A stretch of 64,000 nucleotides of DNA from an uncultured Rivularia sp. (GTDB lineage Bacteria > Cyanobacteriota > Cyanobacteriia > Cyanobacteriales > Nostocaceae). Each line of letters starts with the position of its first letter. Within the stretch, counting starts at the first letter, position 1. The notes under the pieces are model-generated. The model was not told where the DNA came from. It ran no database searches and was given only the letters and a program-made list of their open reading frames with translations. The stretch is from positions 4,640,001-4,704,000 of the forward strand of contig OY762007.1 in NCBI GenBank assembly GCA_963665115.1, given 5' to 3'. The position numbers and the translations under genes were made by a program. Below, in pieces: positions 62,297 through 64,000 of this stretch.

Positions 62297-63579
62297 TAAA
62301 TTAAACCTTCTTCGCGCAACAATTCCACAACAATCGGATGCACGTCATACCAGTTTTGCCGGTTGCGATATTCTAAAACGTAAAGTCCGTGCAGCAAATC
62401 TAAGAATTCTTGTTGTTTAGGGTCTTCGGGTTTAAAGTTATCGTATGTGGTTTTTAATATTTCATAATCTGATTTACCTAAAGGCAAAGCAAAGTCATTG
62501 CGGATATTATTAATTGCAGTTTCTAAAATTGCATCGTCAATTACTACTTTATTTCCAGCTTTGCGTCTAATCAAGCGCAAGCAAATACGACAACATTCAT
62601 TAGCAACACGAATTAATTCACGTAAAACACCACCGCTATTTAAAACAATATTTTCTGCGGTTTTTTCTATAATTAATTCCGATGCAATTCGCTTTTTGAG
62701 GATTTCGCAGAGTATCCCCGAAGTTTCAGCGCGTGGTTGAGTATTCGCAATACGACTTTGACCTTTAGTAAACAATTTCAAAACAGGCATTACTACAATT
62801 AGATCGTTAGTTTCCGTCACAATAATTGTTCTTAATACCGTTTCGCGCATCGCGGCAATTGGGATAGTATAAATAATTCTAAATCCCGGCAAACAAAGAG
62901 CTTTAATATTATCCTTATAAATTGTATTGACGACAGCTAGATCTAGTTTATCTAAATCATCAATAATAACTAGAATCTCTTGATTTACCGAATATTGAAT
63001 TGCAGCAGCTATGATATTCAATTGAGCAACTAAATCTGAAATTTTCCGTTCAAACTCTTGCTTAATTTCATAACGAATCGTCGAATCAACTTTTAACTTA
63101 GTGGTAATTGATTTAAATATTGAGCCTTTTGCTTCTGTTTCCGTTTGAATTCCTGCTGCTTCCGTGCGTGTATGTTTAGCAAACCATCGATTTAAAGTAT
63201 CTTTTGTAGATTGGGGGATTTCAACTTGACGCGCTTCTGCTTCTAACATTAAATTGACACCAATCGAAAATAAGATATTGATGTGATTTACATCCGACAT
63301 CTCAATTGTTTCGGCAATGGAAAATAAAACTACAAAATATCTATCTCTTAACCGCTTGCTAAATTCAGCCAGCAAAGTAGATTTACCACATCCCCGATGT
63401 CCTGAAAAAACAATCTTACCGTCACTGTTAGGACTATCTTCGGTTAACTGTTCTAATTCTTCGATTGTTTCTTCACCATAATCAACCCGGAATTGCTGCA
63501 AATCTTTTTCTTCCACTAGGGGAAGTAATTCCAAATTACGGTAAGCTTCTTGAAACGATTTTAATAAATCTCCAGACAT
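62296..63579 (-). CDS. P-loop ATPase (AAA/STAND-like)
   Basis: Walker A GHRGCGKS, Walker B ILVIIDDLDK, SGG-x-x-R; stop overlaps the TPR gene start (TAATG). Confidence 0.85.
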   Translation of the reverse strand: MSGDLLKSFQEAYRNLELLPLVEEKDLQQFRVDYGEETIEELEQLTEDSPNSDGKIVFSGHRGCGKSTLLAEFSKRLRDRYFVVLFSIAETIEMSDVNHINILFSIGVNLMLEAEARQVEIPQSTKDTLNRWFAKHTRTEAAGIQTETEAKGSIFKSITTKLKVDSTIRYEIKQEFERKISDLVAQLNIIAAAIQYSVNQEILVIIDDLDKLDLAVVNTIYKDNIKALCLPGFRIIYTIPIAAMRETVLRTIIVTETNDLIVVMPVLKLFTKGQSRIANTQPRAETSGILCEILKKRIASELIIEKTAENIVLNSGGVLRELIRVANECCRICLRLIRRKAGNKVVIDDAILETAINNIRNDFALPLGKSDYEILKTTYDNFKPEDPKQQEFLDLLHGLYVLEYRNRQNWYDVHPIVVELLREEGLI

Positions 63580-63686
63580 TTAACAGCGCTCCCAAAAGTA
63601 CTATCATTATTATGAGCGCATTACCGTATAACTCAAGTATTCTCTGAGTTAAGCTTTTAGGTTAGCAGTTTGAGACATATTACTTA

Positions 63687-63801
63687 TAGAATACAGCGAG
63701 CAAGATGTAGAATACAGCGAGCAAGATGTAGAATACAGCGAGCAAGATGTAGAATACAGCGAGCAAGATGTAGAATACAGCGAGCAAGATGCTCGCACTA
63801 C
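63687..63801 (-). repeat. Five exact 21-bp units TAGAATACAGCGAGCAAGATG ending in a full REP
   Basis: Units start at 63687, 63708, 63729, 63750, 63771; followed by CTCGCACTAC. Confidence 0.95.
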
Positions 63802-63862
63802 TAGAAAATTAGATTTTAGAAAACAATTCAGTACGCTTTATGTTCCCTCTCCTCTATTTCCT

Positions 63863-64000
63863 TTAATCCTTATCAACCAAATTAATTCGATAACCCAAAG
63901 CATCCAAAAATTCAACTAACTTAATAATTTCTGCACCACCAGTTTCAGCCAGTATTTTATCGAGTTGTTCGTAATATTGTTGCGCTGTTTCGGATAAATT
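63863..64000 (-). CDS. 3' end of a small protein, possibly a DNA-binding or antidote-like regulator (partial)
   Basis: Open frame ...NLSETAQQYYEQLDKILAETGGAEIIKLVEFLDALGYRINLVDKD*. Confidence 0.5.
   Translation of the reverse strand, partial: NLSETAQQYYEQLDKILAETGGAEIIKLVEFLDALGYRINLVDKD

Noticed and set aside
1..64000. tRNA, rRNA or prophage genes
   Set aside because: None recognised by eye; a tRNAscan or Rfam search would be needed to exclude small RNAs

Overview
AT-rich chromosomal window from a heterocyst-forming cyanobacterium (Nostocales-type). The evidence is many HIP1 GCGATCGC octamers, heptameric STRR tracts, and patB/cnfR divergent from a cox2-type cytochrome c oxidase operon with nitrogenase-associated genes. 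The main result is that coxA (oxidase subunit I) is split at its CuB-ligand His-His codons by a 1778-bp element. The element is bounded by a perfect 15-bp direct repeat (GGTTCATCATATGTT) and encodes only a XisA/XisC-like tyrosine recombinase; excision restores W-V-H-H-M-F-T-S-G in frame. Its ends carry three 21-bp putative arm-type motifs and three phased TGT-N9-ACA (NtcA-like) sites, so it looks like a developmentally excised gene-interrupting element. Other notable content: a REP-associated tyrosine transposase (RAYT) between inverted arrays of REP-derived repeats; a 24-25-bp micro-element inserted into HIP1 and into REPs; MITE-like composites, one in frame inside a gene; a leader ORF overlapping a long hairpin upstream of rsgA; a dynamin-like GTPase plus Hsp70/actin-fold gene pair; an ATPase-TPR pair; and a receiver-glutaredoxin-like-TrxB fusion lacking redox cysteines. 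Six apparent +1 homopolymer frameshifts are probably consensus errors. All calls come from reading the sequence and recalled motifs; no searches were run.
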